Shown here: positions 1 to 12,877 of the stretch, piece after piece
Layout: every line of letters begins with the position of its first letter
Position numbering within the stretch: position 1 is the first letter of the stretch
DNA from: Squalus acanthias
Taxonomy: Eukaryota
Length of the DNA: 64,000 nt
Reading direction: 5' to 3'
Assembly (NCBI GenBank): GCA_030390025.1
Contig: CM059433.1
Location: forward strand, 26,290,001 to 26,354,000
Position numbers and translations under genes: made by a program
The notes under the pieces: generated by a model
What the model was told of the DNA's origin: nothing
Databases searched by the model: none
What the model saw: the letters and a program-made list of their open reading frames with translations, nothing else

Positions 1-30
1 CAAAGGGGGCGCCACCGAATTTTTCCCCCC
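1..30. mobile_element. Probable terminus of a Harbinger-type element extending left of the window
   Basis: gaatttttcccccc resembles the TIR of the element at 59400-63671. Confidence 0.4.
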
Positions 31-41
31 TTATATTTTAA

Positions 42-238
42 AGGGCCGATTTCACAACCGAGTTCTCCTAACGTAGAACAACACTCGCAGGGAGCACGAG
101 CCAGGAAATTGCAGACCTACATTGCCTCATTTTACATCCATTTACATTAATGGATGCAAAATCAGACCCTGTGGGTTCACAATTTCCTGCCAGTGTCAAC
201 TATGAATGTCGGGAACACCTAACTGTGGAATCCAACCT
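42..238. mobile_element. Degenerate palindromic MITE
   Basis: Imperfect fold-back: caggaaattg/caatttcctg and ttttacatccatt/aatggatgcaaaa around a central loop. Starts with gggccgattt. Confidence 0.55.
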
Positions 239-313
239 CAAAATGTCGGATGACACATGCGGAAAAAGAGAACCGTACTGAACGAACAGAAAGAATAACT
301 GACTTAAGATACA

Positions 314-963
314 GGCAGATAAATTCGGGAGCGCCCATTTTCATTGCTAACACCAAGCACACAAATGAGGAGGTGCAACAAGCCCAGGATACCGGGCCTC
401 AGACCTCATTATAATAAGGACGGCATGGGTTATACTTTGTATCAGGGCCTCAGACAAGGATCGGGGGACGGGTGATGGAGTCCGAGCCTCAGAAGAGGGA
501 TCGGGGTTCGGGAGATGGAGTCGGGGCCTCGGACAAGGATCGGGGGTCGGTTGATGGCGACGGGGCTTTGGAAGTGAGATCGTGGGTTGGGGGGGGCCTG
601 GATCTCGGGACCGGGAGTGGGGGCGATCAGGGTGGCAATGGTAAGTACTTACCTTTTTTTATTTAGGGGAAGTTTAAAGTTGGTTTTCCATGAGGCAGCC
701 AGCGCTGGGGCAGGCCGCCTCAGGGCAAGCCAAAGTTGCAGCAGGGGCTTGAAGTAGGCGTTAGGCCCCTTATTTGCATATGCAAATTACCTAATGCCTG
801 CTTCCGGCGTGGGTAAAGGACGGCACTTGTTTGTCCTTACCCAATATGGCGGGTGGCGCACTTCCAGTTAGAAGTGTGCACACGCTTGCTGCCCACCATT
901 TTGGTGTCTTAGGAGGCCGCATAGCGCCTGAGAAACGGGCGCTATGTGGCCCAATTTAACCCT
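314..963. mobile_element. Non-autonomous Harbinger-like element
   Basis: Ends taaattcgggagcgccc and gggcgctatgtggcccaatttaaccc resemble the end of the Harbinger at ~31930. Internal degenerate GATCGGGG repeats. Confidence 0.5.
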
Positions 964-1422
964 CTAATAATTTCTACAGATGTGGAAAGAGCACATGTTC
1001 CTAAGTATAAGACACTGCTAAGATATATAAAGGCCATTAGAGGAAGGGGCGAGTAAAATTAAATGCTTTAGGACTTAAGGATATAGGAGGCAACTGAAAG
1101 GGGCAGAACAAAGCCTCTAAACGTGTAAGATTTGCTGGAGAAGCAGAATAGCAGTAAATTACTGGACTCTGTTGTATTTGAACAACTTTACTGGCGTTTC
1201 TGAAGATTATCCCTTACTGCGATTATTGTAAATAAAATGTCTTAAGTCTCTCCTAAATTCTTGCTGTGGACATTGCTAACAGTGATGGACTACCTATAAT
1301 AATTTGTACACCAGTAAGGCGCATTCTGACAAGTTTCTATCCAAATCATTTACATCTCCTCAAATATAGTTGTTTATGAGAGAAGTTTCCATAAGCACTA
1401 CAATACTAGCTGTATAGCTTAC

Positions 1423-1486
1423 CTCTGCAACCTTAGCTGGTGCAATGCTTCCTTCGTAAGGGCATCCGATTGCACAGGACACATAC
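1423..1486 (-). CDS. HMGCLL1: HMG-CoA lyase-like 1, internal coding exon (64 bp; (G)[21 protein letters not shown])
   Basis: Acceptor caacag|GTAT and donor GAG|gtaagc, phase 2/0, completing the Gly codon from the 149-bp exon. GCPYEG motif. Too short for the ORF track. Confidence 0.85.
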
Positions 1487-1681
1487 CTGTTGTTTGAACA
1501 ATAAAAAAAAGTTTTGTTTTGCTTCTATTATTGCTACAACCTTATTAATTGCCACTGGAAAAATAATGATCTATTGTAAAAAATCAAAGCAGAAATCATT
1601 GTAAATCTAAGTATGGGATTAGTAATTCTTTGACATACTTTATAAACGTACTAAGTTCCTTTGCTGGAACTTATAAACTCT

Positions 1682-2133
1682 GACTAGTATTTATATAGCG
1701 CCTTTCATGACCAGCGGACGTCCCAAAGCACTTTACAGCCAATGCAGTACTTTTGAAGTGGAATCACTGTTGTAATGTGGGAAATGCAGCAGCCAATTTG
1801 CGCACAGGAAACTCCCACAGACAACAATGTGAAAATGCCCAGATAATCTGTTTTTGTTATGTTGGTTGAGGGAGAAACATTGGCCAGGACACCAGGGATA
1901 ACTCCCCTACTCTTCTTCAAAATAGTGCCATGGGATCTTTTACGTCCACCTGAGAGAGCAGACGGGGCCTCAGTTTAACGTCTCATCTGAAAGACGGTAC
2001 CTCCAACAGTGCAGCACTCCCTCAGCACTGCAGTGGAGTGTCAGCTGAGCTTTATGTGCTCAAGTCCCTGGAGTGGGACTTGAACCCACAACCTTCTGAC
2101 TCAGGGACGAGTGTGCTACCAACTGAGCCACAG
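1682..2133 (-). mobile_element. tRNA-derived Deu-SINE (SacSINE1-like), near full length
   Basis: A box TGGCTCAGTTGG (2119-2130) and B box GGTTCAAGTCC (2076-2086). Recalled Deu core tgccatgggatcttttacgtccacctgagagagcagacggggcc. L2-like tail gaaaggcgctatataaat. Confidence 0.85.
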
Positions 2134-2142
2134 ATGACACTT

Positions 2143-2333
2143 GGCTTAGAAATTTGTCTCGGACGGTGGCGCAAAACAGGCGGAATCCCATTGGATCGGC
2201 CTCCCATTATACGCAGCGTCTGATATTCAGTTCCACTGATAGCAATGGAACTGAACATCAGGCGTTGCGTATAACGGGCAGCCGATCTGATACCACCCGC
2301 TTTGCGCCACCGCCCGAGACAAATTTCTAGCCC
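2143..2333. mobile_element. ~190-bp fold-back MITE with Harbinger-type TIR (GGGCTAGAAATTTGTCTCGG)
   Basis: The two halves are reverse complements along their whole length (tagaaatttgtctcgg/ccgagacaaatttcta; ttatacgcagcgtctgatattcagttcca/tggaactgaacatcaggcgttgcgtataa). A decayed relative lies at ~26390-26490. Confidence 0.85.
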
Positions 2334-2587
2334 ATAATATTTTCAATTTGTGATAGATTATCATTCAAAATAAAGTATTGTAATTAAAGCTGCGCAATCA
2401 CTTTAGAAATTCTCCTTCAAAAATCTATTTTACCAAAGAAAAATGCCTGTAGAATCTTCCAGGATTTATTCAAACTGTCTGCATGAATCCTATATAATTA
2501 ATCTTATGTAAGATTTTGAATAGATCTCTTAAATTACATTTTAAGGTGTTATAGAACTCCCTCTCACCTATTTCACTCCTATTTCCC

Positions 2588-2697
2588 AGATTACAACACT
2601 GACTCCACTTCAAAAATACTTCATTGGCTGTAAAGCACTTTGAGACGTCCGGTGGTTGTGAAAGGCGCTATAGAAATGCAAGTCTTTCTTTCTTTCT
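2588..2697 (+). mobile_element. 3' fragment of the Deu-SINE/L2 tail with (CTTT)n end
   Basis: Same tail sequence as 1682-1775 in the opposite orientation. Another fragment lies at 7353-7402 (-). Confidence 0.75.
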
Positions 2698-5124
2698 ATT
2701 TGAAATTATATTTAGATTTTTAATCATATTTTCTTCTTAGCATTCAAAGTCAACCAACGTGAATCTTCATGGAGAAAGATGCTGTTGGCCATAACTGGCG
2801 GGGCCAAGACACAAATCATAAGAAGTGTTCCGTTTAGAACTGATCATCTATAATACCAACCTCTGTGGGGACTACTATCTACTTATATTGTAATAATAAT
2901 GTAAACACCTTCCTGCTTTTCTGTTTGATCATCGCAAAAAATTACAAGCATGACATTCTTGCTCATGTTTGTCACATTACATTACACAAAGTTCTGGAAA
3001 TAAATTATCTGATTGTACTGTTGTTAGAAAAATGAATGGCTCTGCTGTTGCACCTTGATCTTCAACATATTAGATGGCCACTTGCATAGCGAAACTATCG
3101 CCTTGCTAAAGGAGCGTGTTAGTATTTTGAGGATTACATTCCTCAAGGTTAACAAGATACCCAAGGTATTTCAAGGTGGCCCAATTCACCTGCATGAGAT
3201 CATCAATTTTATATCTAAACAAGCAAGAATACAGGCCACAAATTATTCAGAATATGCCCCAAACTGTTGCCTTTGGGAGTACTTTGAATTACGGCACTGT
3301 CCATTGTCTATATCGATTCCTTGATTAAAGATGAACGGAAGAAGGAACGGCTTCCAAGTGGAGAAACAATGTGAACTCCTTGGCAAAGAAAATGAACAAT
3401 TCAGTTTTTGACTTCCAGCCCATCTCCTTCGACGATAATCTCAAACCGAACAGTGGAAATCAGAACCACGCCTGAAGAAAACTGAATGCATTGCTTAATA
3501 GGACCAAACACACACACCAAGCAAAATCCTCGCCCAGCTGCCAGTGCCTGAGACTTGCCGCTGGCAATGATCATTTGCCTTCTGCTGTTCCAATGACTAT
3601 TTCTGAAAACTGACTCTTTAAAACGTTTCTTTCTATTGTTCTTACAAAATGTAATTACTTACTTTATTCTGTAATGCTAATTATCTTGTGGGCCTCCCAT
3701 GCTTGCAAATAACTGTTGTGTATGGAACTTGATTTGTGAGCATTATATTGTAAATATTTATGTGAGGTAATGCAATATATGTTCATTAATATATAGCATA
3801 TATATCAACACCTCTAATTTCACAAAAAACTCTTACCAATGAAAAGATCACAATTGTGTAACATATGATTTTTTCAGTAGACAGAATCTATCATAATATA
3901 CAGCTCAGATGCTGATATCCCATGGGCATCATATTAACTTCAATATCTACATATGAGTTGAAGACTTAAGCTTCACAATATCTTAATTATTTCCAAAAGC
4001 CCATCAGTAACAGCAATATTTTGGAAATGCTTGGCTCTATACAGTGCAACTTAAGATCTGTGTCTCACAAACTGCATTCAAGAACTTTGCAATCAAAATT
4101 GCAATTAAATCATAACTACAAATGGTTGTGTTCCTCTGAAAAATACACAAGCATGAATAAAAAACAGAATAAAAATTCAAACTGCACGCAAAATGTTGAA
4201 GTACTTGCAGATGTCAGATTATACCTTGAATAATTTTTAAAGGCAGCTCAAATATGTAAAATATTCCAATTAAGTTCCTTGACTCTACAGCTTATATAAT
4301 TCCATGCATAAGATTTCAAAACTAAAAGCAAAATAAACAGTTTCTTTTTTAAATAACAAACATGATTATCAAAAATGTTGTACGTTTCTAAAAGGTCATC
4401 TCTAGATTTGTTTATTTAATGTCTTCCTGGTATTTAGCTGTACTGTTTATTTAAGATGCTTTATTAACGCAAGCATTTGTTTAAACACTGTTCGTCAGAT
4501 TGCAAACTGTCTCAAGTAGGACTGATAAGGTCTTTCCAGACAGATCAAATACACATAAACATCTACCACATATTAACAAACTGCACATTTTAACAATTTA
4601 CTATTTGTAGATAAAACCCGGCCAGATGTGGCAAAGCTGGGTAACTGAGTATACAGTTTATGACTGGGAGAATTCAACAATTATTTGGCTTTGTATTCAA
4701 CACAGATAGACACAGATGTTTTCCGTCTTTATTTTGCTCTTTAATATTTTTACAGTTGGGATCAGTAAGCTCCATATATTGCATGATCTTAAAACCTACT
4801 TTGCTCATTTTTGTAATTGTCATTTCAAATTTCTCCCTTCCACTTCTGGTGACCTTGGCTCTTGTTGGGGTATGGTTCTACAGGTGGCAGCTGGCAAGGT
4901 CATTCTTCATCTGCCAGTCGAGACAGAGAGTGTTTGTTAGACTATTCAACTATGGAGGATATTACAATCAAACTCAATCCTGTTCTCACTCCAAGTTCAG
5001 CAACTGTTTCTAAGTTGCAATGAGGACTATTTCAAATAGACCAATGCAGTGACACTGGACCAGCCCAATGCCACCAAACTAAAGTACACACTACAAGTGT
5101 CCAAACTAAAATTGTAATATATAA

Positions 5125-5517
5125 AATTAGATAGAATTTACAGCAGGCCATTGTTTTTGCTCCACACGAGACTCAAGCCACTCTGTTTACTTCATCTCAC
5201 CCGGTCAACATATCCTTCTATGCCTTTATCCTTCATGCACTTATCTAGCTTCTGCTTAAATGCATCTATGCTATTCCCTGTGGTAGCGTGTTCCACATTC
5301 TCACCACTCTCTGAGTAAAGAAGTTTCTTGTGAATTAATTATTAGTTATTTGTGACTATCTTATATTTATGGACACTAGGTTTGTACTCCCGCCCCCCCC
5401 CACAAGTGGAAACATCTTCTCTACGTCTACCCTATCGAACCCCTTCATAATTTTAAAGACATCTATCAGGTCACCCCTCAGCCTTCTCTTTTCCAGAGAA
5501 AAAAAGGCCCCAGCCTG
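5125..5517 (-). mobile_element. Old CR1 LINE 3' fragment
   Basis: Decayed RGDLI...FFTQRVVRMWN coding remnant plus 3' UTR. Confidence 0.75.
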
Positions 5518-6496
5518 TATGTGAGTTAAATTAAAATTTGATCCTCATGGTCGATGCTACAAACAATATTCTACGGACCGAACCAGTCTCGGAAAGCTTC
5601 AAGTGTGCCGGTGGACACTACATGCTTAGGTAGGAATTATGAAAGGAAACCCTGGCTGATTTATTTTCTCTCCCTAACCCAAGAGTCCAGAGGCCAAATG
5701 TGGCGTCAGCTGGCACAGCATAGAACAGTTCTCGGCTGGATGGCTCTGGTCGTCTTTTTAGATAATATAAGAATGATTAGTACATGCAATTGAACTTTAT
5801 TGTTAGAAAATATGTTTCTTCTTTTCTAAGCAACACCTCTACTGAATACAGAAGTATGTTTACTGGATGGAAGGGTGATGAAACTCACTGATATAACGCT
5901 ATGCCATGGAATCGTAGAATACAATTTTTTTGCCTACAATCCCCCACATAGAAGTGCAATTTCTCTGCAGCCAGAAAGTGCTTTAAATGGGAGTACATTT
6001 TTCTTCTTTCATTTTTTAGCTCATTGTTGGCAACAGTAGTACTCTGTTGGCTTTGTAGAAGCACAGGTGTGTTAACATTAATGCACAATGGAGTGGCCCA
6101 TCAGAGCTATTCTGCAATTCACTTCTAAGTGTTTTGTTATGAGAAAAATTTTCAAAGATGAAAAATGTATTGCAATTCCGCTACAATCACAGACCCTGGT
6201 CAGTCCTTGCCACAAATGACCCACCCCATATCCCCCTTAAATATTGAAATTGCTGTAATAATCATCACCATTGAGCTATTAGATAATTCTCCATTTTATT
6301 TTCTAAAATTGCAGACAACCCGCCATGCTGCTGAAAGTGCAAGATGTTTTTGAGTTAATCCCCCCCTACTTTCCAGTGAAAAGTCCTAATGTGCCATTCG
6401 GCTTATTAAAATCCCTATGCAGTGGTTCAGCTAACCACTGGCACACTGGAGTGCACATACAGCTTTAACAGCATAAGAAAGTGAGCATTAAATTAT

Positions 6497-7253
6497 GGGG
6501 CAGAAATTCAGGTCTCCACAGGTGAGTACGCACTGTGTACTCACCCGTAGGGCCACCGGAAGTGCCGGTTTCGCACATGCACTGTGCATGCACGGGAAAC
6601 CGGAACTTCCGGTCTCGTGAAAGAAGGGGTTCGCGGGTCAACCGCGTGCGCCGGAGAGGCAGTGCGCACGCAGCGAACTTCCAGTTTTTTTTTAAGGTTT
6701 CTCCATGAGGGTAAGTATGGAGAAGCTGTGCAAGAAAAAAGGAGGCGCAAGGCCTGCTTTTAACAAGGTAAGTGGTGAATTAAGTAGAATTTAAACATTT
6801 TTTCAACAGGTTTATCTTTTTTACATACTTTAAAGAAAGGTAAGTTTATTTTTAGCACCGTTAAAAACTGTAATTAATTTTTTCAAAAATTTAAATTTTT
6901 GTTTAAAGTAGTTAATTTATGTAATTTATAGTTATTTTAAAAATGTGTTGTTTTTTAAAATTTATTTGAAGTTTAAGTGAGGTTTTGGGGCCGATCGCTA
7001 TTCATAGATTTGACAGGTCTTCCTGTCAAAATCTATGAATGGAGATTCCATTGGCTCTCCATGGCCCACGTGATCCCAGGGGACGCTTCGAACTAACTGC
7101 GCCCCTGGGATACGCAAGCACTGCGCGCCGGCAGCTGCAGGAGGCCCAGGAGCCGAAGTCCACGCGGGCTCGAAGCACAACGGCAGGCGCGGTAGGTAAG
7201 TACGCGCGTGATCCTTGCACCCGCAGGAAGCCGGAGAGCCGAATTTCTGGCCC
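6497..7253. mobile_element. Non-autonomous Harbinger MITE (757 bp), copy 1
   Basis: TIRs GGGGCAGAAATTC / GAATTTCTGGCCC with 3-bp TSD TAT. Colinear with the copy at 15365-20132. Confidence 0.85.
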
Positions 7254-7989
7254 TATATGTTTCTACATACTAATTAATAATCACTTCGATTTACTTTGTG
7301 TCCATTTCTCAACAAGAATAGACTGTCATCTTTGCTGAGTCTCAGGAATATTAGAAAGAAAGACTTGCATTTATATAGCGCCTTTCACGACCACCGGACA
7401 TCTTAGAGTAAATTCTAGAAAAGCATCGGTGATTTTTTTTTTCATTATAACGACTTATTCCAGTCATTAACAACATCTTTGTAAGCTTATTCTGAAAGTT
7501 GCTCTTTAACAGTTTGTTTTAATGTGAGAATTTCTCATGTCCTCTTATCAGTACTGATGAATGCCAATAATGTTATCTATTACAATTATTATGCAGGCAT
7601 TTCTAATTGGAGCTCTAAAAACATTGTGGAGAAAACACCATAAAATAGTTGTTGTAAGCTGTCAGAGCTCACCCTTAAAGGTACTGAGCTCTAACTGTTG
7701 ACTTTGGTTATCCTAGTATATTTTAAATTGCTGGGGTTCTTTTTTATTTTTAACTAGACAATCATTCAACATAAAGGTTTATGTTTGCAATTTGAATTAA
7801 CAATGCACCTCTTGTATACACTGTATGAAGTATGATTAGGACTCAGTGCTATCCATGTGAAAATATATTAAGGATATATAAGAAAATTCAACGATGAGAA
7901 GATGTAATTGGCCCCATTGATACTCGTCCCTCTAGTACCTGTAATTTCCCATTTTGGCGAACAGCTGGGCATTTTGGAATTTTATTTTT

Positions 7990-8931
7990 GTCTGGAATAC
8001 AGAGTAGAATTTCGAAATTTGCCGATGACACCAAACTTGGGGGTGTGGCAAACAGTGAGGATGATACCAATCGACTGCAACAGGACATAGAAAGGCAAGC
8101 AGAATGGGCAGACAAGTGGCAGATGGAATTTAATACAGAGAAGTGTGAGGTGATGCATTTTGGCAGAAGGAACAGGGAGAGGCAATATATACTTAATGGC
8201 ACAGTTTTAAAGAGTGTGCAGGGACAGAGGGACCTGGGAGCTAATGTGCATAGGTCCCTGAAGGTGGCAGGACATATCGAGAGAGTGGTTAGCAAAGCAT
8301 ATGGGATCTTGGGCTTCATAAATAGAGGTATTGAGTACAAAAGTAGAGAAGTTATGCTGAACCTTTATAAAGCGCTGGTTAGGCCACAACTGGAGTATTG
8401 CATCCAGTTCTGGTCACCACATTTTAGGAAGGATGTGAAGGCCCTTGAGAGGATGCAGATGAGATTTACCAGAATGGTTCCGGGGATGGGGAATCTTAGC
8501 TACAAGGACAGGTTGGAGAAGCTGGATTTGTTTTCATTAGAGCAAAGGAGGTTGAGGGGTGATTTAATAGAGGTGCACAAGATTATGACAGGTTTGGATA
8601 GGCTAGACGGGGAAAGGCTGTTCCCAGTAGCTGATGGTACAAGGACTAGGGGTCACAGACTTAAGGTTCTGGGCAAGAGATACAGGGGGGATGTGAGGAA
8701 AAACTTTTTTACCCAGCGAGTGCTGAGGACTTGGAACTCGCTGCCGACGGAAGTGGTGGAAGCGGAGACACTCAATGTTTTCAAGGGGAGACTGGATAGG
8801 CACTTGAGGGAAATAAACTTGCAGGGCTACGGGGATAGAGCGGGGGAATGGAACTGACTGGATTGCTCTACAGAGAGCTGGCACAGACTCGATGGGCCGA
8901 ATGGCCTCCTTCTGTGCCGTTATGACTCTAT
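7990..8931 (+). mobile_element. 5'-truncated CR1 LINE (RT C-terminus, 3' UTR and (TATGACTC)n tail)
   Basis: ORF 7988-8857 reads KFADDTKL...RPQLEYC...FFTQRV. The tail continues at 13308-13318 and 14185-14198. Confidence 0.95.
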
Positions 8932-9216
8932 GACCGCGATTTTACTAATGGAGGCGGATTGGGTGCGGGTCAGGTGGTCGGCGGGTCCCGCTCCCGCCTC
9001 CACTGTCAGGCGGGATAAATTTGCGATTTTCCCCTAATTGGGCAATTGATTCCCTGCGTGTGCGCTCCCCTGGCCCAATTAGTCTTTTGGGTCTGAAACT
9101 CGCCTCTGCTGACGTCATTTATCCAGCTGCTTTTAAGGGCTCCAAGCAGCCTTGGTTCATTTTCTCCTTCTGTACTTCCAGAGTGACTACGTTGCTAATT
9201 GTTTGATACTCCTGAA

Positions 9217-11142
9217 ATGTCTAGCTCAAGGCCCAAGGCCTCACCTCGCTTTGATGATGATTGCCTCCATGCTCTGGTGGAGGGAGCCAGAGCTCCAAAG
9301 GAGGTGCTCTCTCCTTCCTCTGGGAGGAAAAAATCTCCCCAGCAAACCAAAGCTGTGTGGCTGCAACTGGCACAGGAGGTCAGCTCCAGACCAATGTGCA
9401 GCAGAACCTGGATGCAGTGCCAAAAGAGGTTCAATGACCTTGTCCGCACAGGAAAAGTGAATATACCATCACATTTACTCTCATTCTGCTCCCCATCTCC
9501 TCTCAGCATCAGCACTCTGCATTGTCAACCTACTCCTACACATCCCACTTTACCCTTACATCCCTTGCACCCTTAACCATCGCTCTCTCTCTATATTCGA
9601 CTATGCACCCCTCACACTCCCTATCACTGTTACGCAATGACAACAACTAACAACACACAGGGAGGGCCCTTGGTATTGGGACCTCACTCCATCTTTGTCT
9701 CCTTCTAAGCACCTATGCTATGGATTCTCTACACTCACTCCTTCATTCTCACTCAGACTCCACTTGTGTCCCTCATTGCAGGAAAAGAGAGCCCACAATA
9801 AGAGAGAAAGAGCCATGACAGGAGGAGGGCCACCCTCAATAGCCCATCTCAGCAGCGCTGAGGAGGCAGCCCTGGAGATCGCCGGAATCGAGGAGGATGT
9901 GCAAGTGGGGGACGGACAGACGGGCACATCAGTGCAAGCTGGTGGCAAAATAGTTTTTCATCTCTCTCATTTACATTGCATGAGTGACTGATATGGCTTC
10001 TGATGCTCAAACAGATTGACTTATGATCATCTGCACAAGTCCATGTGCATGCTACGTTAATATCACATGTCTAACTCACGCCTTTACTCCCCCACAGGAC
10101 CATCGACAGCCCCCCTCCCCACTGTCCAGGAGGAAGAGCCAGAGCCAGAAGACTCCTCAGAGGAAGCTGCAACCTTTGAGGGCGCAGCATCAGCAGAATT
10201 AAGCGCACCCAGCACCAGCGCAGACACTCACACCTCGGTGGGACCTACGGGAGATAGAGTAGAGTTGTCACCTGGTGTATCACAGCTCACAAGTGAGCAT
10301 CAGCAGATGGTGGAGACAGGGACAGCAGTGGAGAGTCCTCGTCGGAGGCCGCAGGACGCTCCCAGCTCTGCTCAGCTGTATGTGGACCCTGTGCCTCCGG
10401 GTCCTTCCAGAAAGAGAGCGGTGCTGGAACTCCAGGGACAGGTGCAGCAGTATCTGGCAGGTTTTATCTCCAGGTTTACTGCGAGTGTGGAGAGGATGGA
10501 GGAGTCCATGTCTAACATGAGCAGTGCTTTTGTGGAGGCAATGGCGCATGAACGCACCACCACGGAAAGGATGGCAACCTCCGTGGAAAGGATGGCTACG
10601 GTCATGGAGGAAATAAGTCGCCAGAGTCTGGAAAACATGGTGAATGTTCAGAATAGACTGACATCTCTGGAGGAGCGATGGGCAGCTATTGAGCAGAGAA
10701 ACCAGAGCTTATGGAAGTCCTTTTGAGTAGGACTGCCAGTGCAGATACGGGTCCTCATGGCCCCCCTGATGTGCAGCAAGGTGCTGTCCAGCCACTTGCT
10801 GGCACTGAAGTGGGGCTGGCCCATGAGACGGATGTTGGTGGCAGGCAACAAGGAAGTGGGGGCTCCTCTCCAAGCGCTCACACTCTCATGCCACTGAGTA
10901 GCCCTCGGTCAGAGCCCCACCAGAGTCCTCACCCAACTGAGATGGGCGTCACAGCCCCCGCACAGACGCAGGAGGAGCAGACTGTTGACGAGCCCTCACA
11001 GGCTCACAAACCCAGAGGATGCCCGCCAAAGGTGTCAAAGCAGGAGCAGCATGAAAGTGAGCAAGGTGCCTCCATATTTGCTGAAGCCACAGGGGAGGCA
11101 CCACATAGAAGCACGCGTAAGAGGAAGATAAAGCACAATTAG
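9217..11142 (+). pseudogene. Harbinger Myb/SANT-like DNA-binding gene of H1 (exons 9217-9456, 9782-9941, 10098-11142; frameshift near 10710)
   Basis: PRFDDD..LVE..W..A.EV....R.W.QC.KRFNDL trihelix motif, then EKRAHN..ERA.TGGG. GT-AG junctions are in frame. Confidence 0.88.
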
Positions 11143-11417
11143 TCACAAGGGTAGTCGCTTGGGTGTTCTGTTCTGTTGTCTTTTGTTTTCTTTAATATTT
11201 GACATTGTCATCCTTTTGTGAATGGATTAAACAGAAGTGATGGCAAACAGTTGAAGTTCTGGCCTATGTGATCTCGGAAATGGAAGTTCCACATTGAGGG
11301 CTCAGGGCGACTTGCATTTGTAATGATGGTGGTGAGAGTGATAGGAACCCACAGGTTCTTGTACATTGTGTATGGTGTGTTAAGAAGGTGCCAGCCACAT
11401 TTGTTTGATTCGTCTGC

Positions 11418-12654
11418 TTAAGCGAATCTGGCAAAGATTAGAGCATCTCTTGCATCACGGGCAGCAATGTGCTCGCGTGCTGCTGGAACTGGTGCATCCG
11501 CCTCCGCAAGGTCTTCCTCCTCCTCCTCCTCCTCCTCCTCCTCCTCCTCATCTGAGGAGGCTATGCGCTGAGCCACTTGTTTCTCAGGCAGCTGCAAGCC
11601 ACGATGCTGTGTGATGTTTTGCAGTGCACAGCAGACCACGATGATTCTGGAGACCCTGGCTGCTGAATACTGTAGGGCTCCACCTGATCTGTCAAGGCAT
11701 CTGAATCGCATCTTCAGCAAGCCGATGGTTTGCTCGATAATGAATCTGGTGGAAATATGGCTGGCATTGTAGTGCTCCTCAGCTTCGTTCGATGGCCTCC
11801 TCAACAGCATCATCAGCCACGTCTTCAGGGGATAGCCCTTGTCTCCAAGTAGCCACCCGGAAAGTTGGTTTGGCGGATTGAAGAGCGGAGGCACACTAGA
11901 CTGGCGCAGGATGAACGAGTCATGACAACTGCCAGGGTACTTCGCTCAAACATGCAAAATGTCCTTCCTGTGGTTACACACCAGCTGCATGTTGAGGGAG
12001 TGGAAGCCCTTGCGGTTGACAAAAACAGCTGGGTTGTGATGGGGTGCCCTAAGGGCCACATGTGTGCAGTTTACGACGCCCTGCACCCTTGGCAAGCCTG
12101 CCATATTTGCAAAGTCAACTGCACGCGCGGTTACACTTGCTTGATCCGTGGAGAAGTGGATGTAATTGTGTGCCTTGGCAAAGAGGGCATCGGTTACCTG
12201 CATGATGCAGGTGTGTGCGGCCGACTGGGAGATGCCGCTGATGTTTGCTGATGAGCCCTGGAAGGACCCTGAAGCAAAAAAATTGAGGGCAGTGGTGACT
12301 TTGACAGCCACTGGTTAAGAGGTGTCCACCCGCTCCTCTGGGCTCCAGGTGTTGCTGCAGCATTGCGCAGATGTCAGCGACTACCTCTCGCGAAAGTCTC
12401 AGCCTCCTTTGACACTGCTGCTCACTCATGTTGAGGAAGCTCATCCTCTGCCTGTAAGCCCTGTGTTGGGGGCATCTCCTGCGGCGAGGTGCAGCCCTGC
12501 GCTGACGCCCTCTGCCCTGTGCAGCATCAGGTGGCTGAGGAGAAGGTTGGCGCTCCTGTTGTTGCTGCTGCTGTTGTGCCTGATTCTGCTGCTGCCTCGG
12601 CTGCTTGTCCTCCGAATCTGAGGACCAGGATGAAAGGAAATAAATGGTTCCCAT
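11418..12654 (-). pseudogene. Harbinger (HARBI1-like) DDE transposase of H1, frameshifted
   Basis: Split over ORFs 12115-12654, 11946-12311 and 11418-11894: [43 protein letters not shown]. The first catalytic Asp reads N. Confidence 0.92.
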
Positions 12655-12752
12655 GCTGCTGGTAGATATCTCAGTTGTGGAAGTGCTCAGTCAATGTGGG
12701 GAGAGGGTTTTCCCAGGAGGTGACAGTGGAGATGGATCGCAGCTTCACCACT

Positions 12753-12789
12753 TTACCTGACGAAGGAGCAACGCTCCGAAAGCTCGTGA
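12753..12789 (+). ncRNA. Minimal type I hammerhead ribozyme
   Basis: TTAC-CTGACGA-A-GGAGC-AAC-GCTCC-GAAA-GC-TC-GTGA: CUGANGA and GAAA core boxes, 5-bp stem II, UH site and 4-bp stem I. Confidence 0.8.
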
Positions 12790-12877
12790 TTTCAAATAAA
12801 ACTGTTGGACTATAACCTGGTGTTGTGCGACTTCTCATTTTTGTCCACCCCAGTCCAACACCGGCATCTCCGCATCA
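12753..12877 (+). mobile_element. Penelope-like element terminal-repeat fragment inserted in H1
   Basis: Absent from the homologous position in H5 (~54330-54360). A near-identical copy lies at 53275-53370. Contains a hammerhead core followed by AATAAA. Confidence 0.75.

Noticed and set aside
2040..2133. tRNA gene (also 16820-16894 and 33090-33180)
   Set aside because: The A/B boxes are SINE heads fused to SINE bodies, not complete cloverleaves.
2760..3600. Possible ancient RT remnant (LKYLG on - near 3160-3180) or the 89-aa ORF 3055-3324
   Set aside because: A single short motif with no further support.
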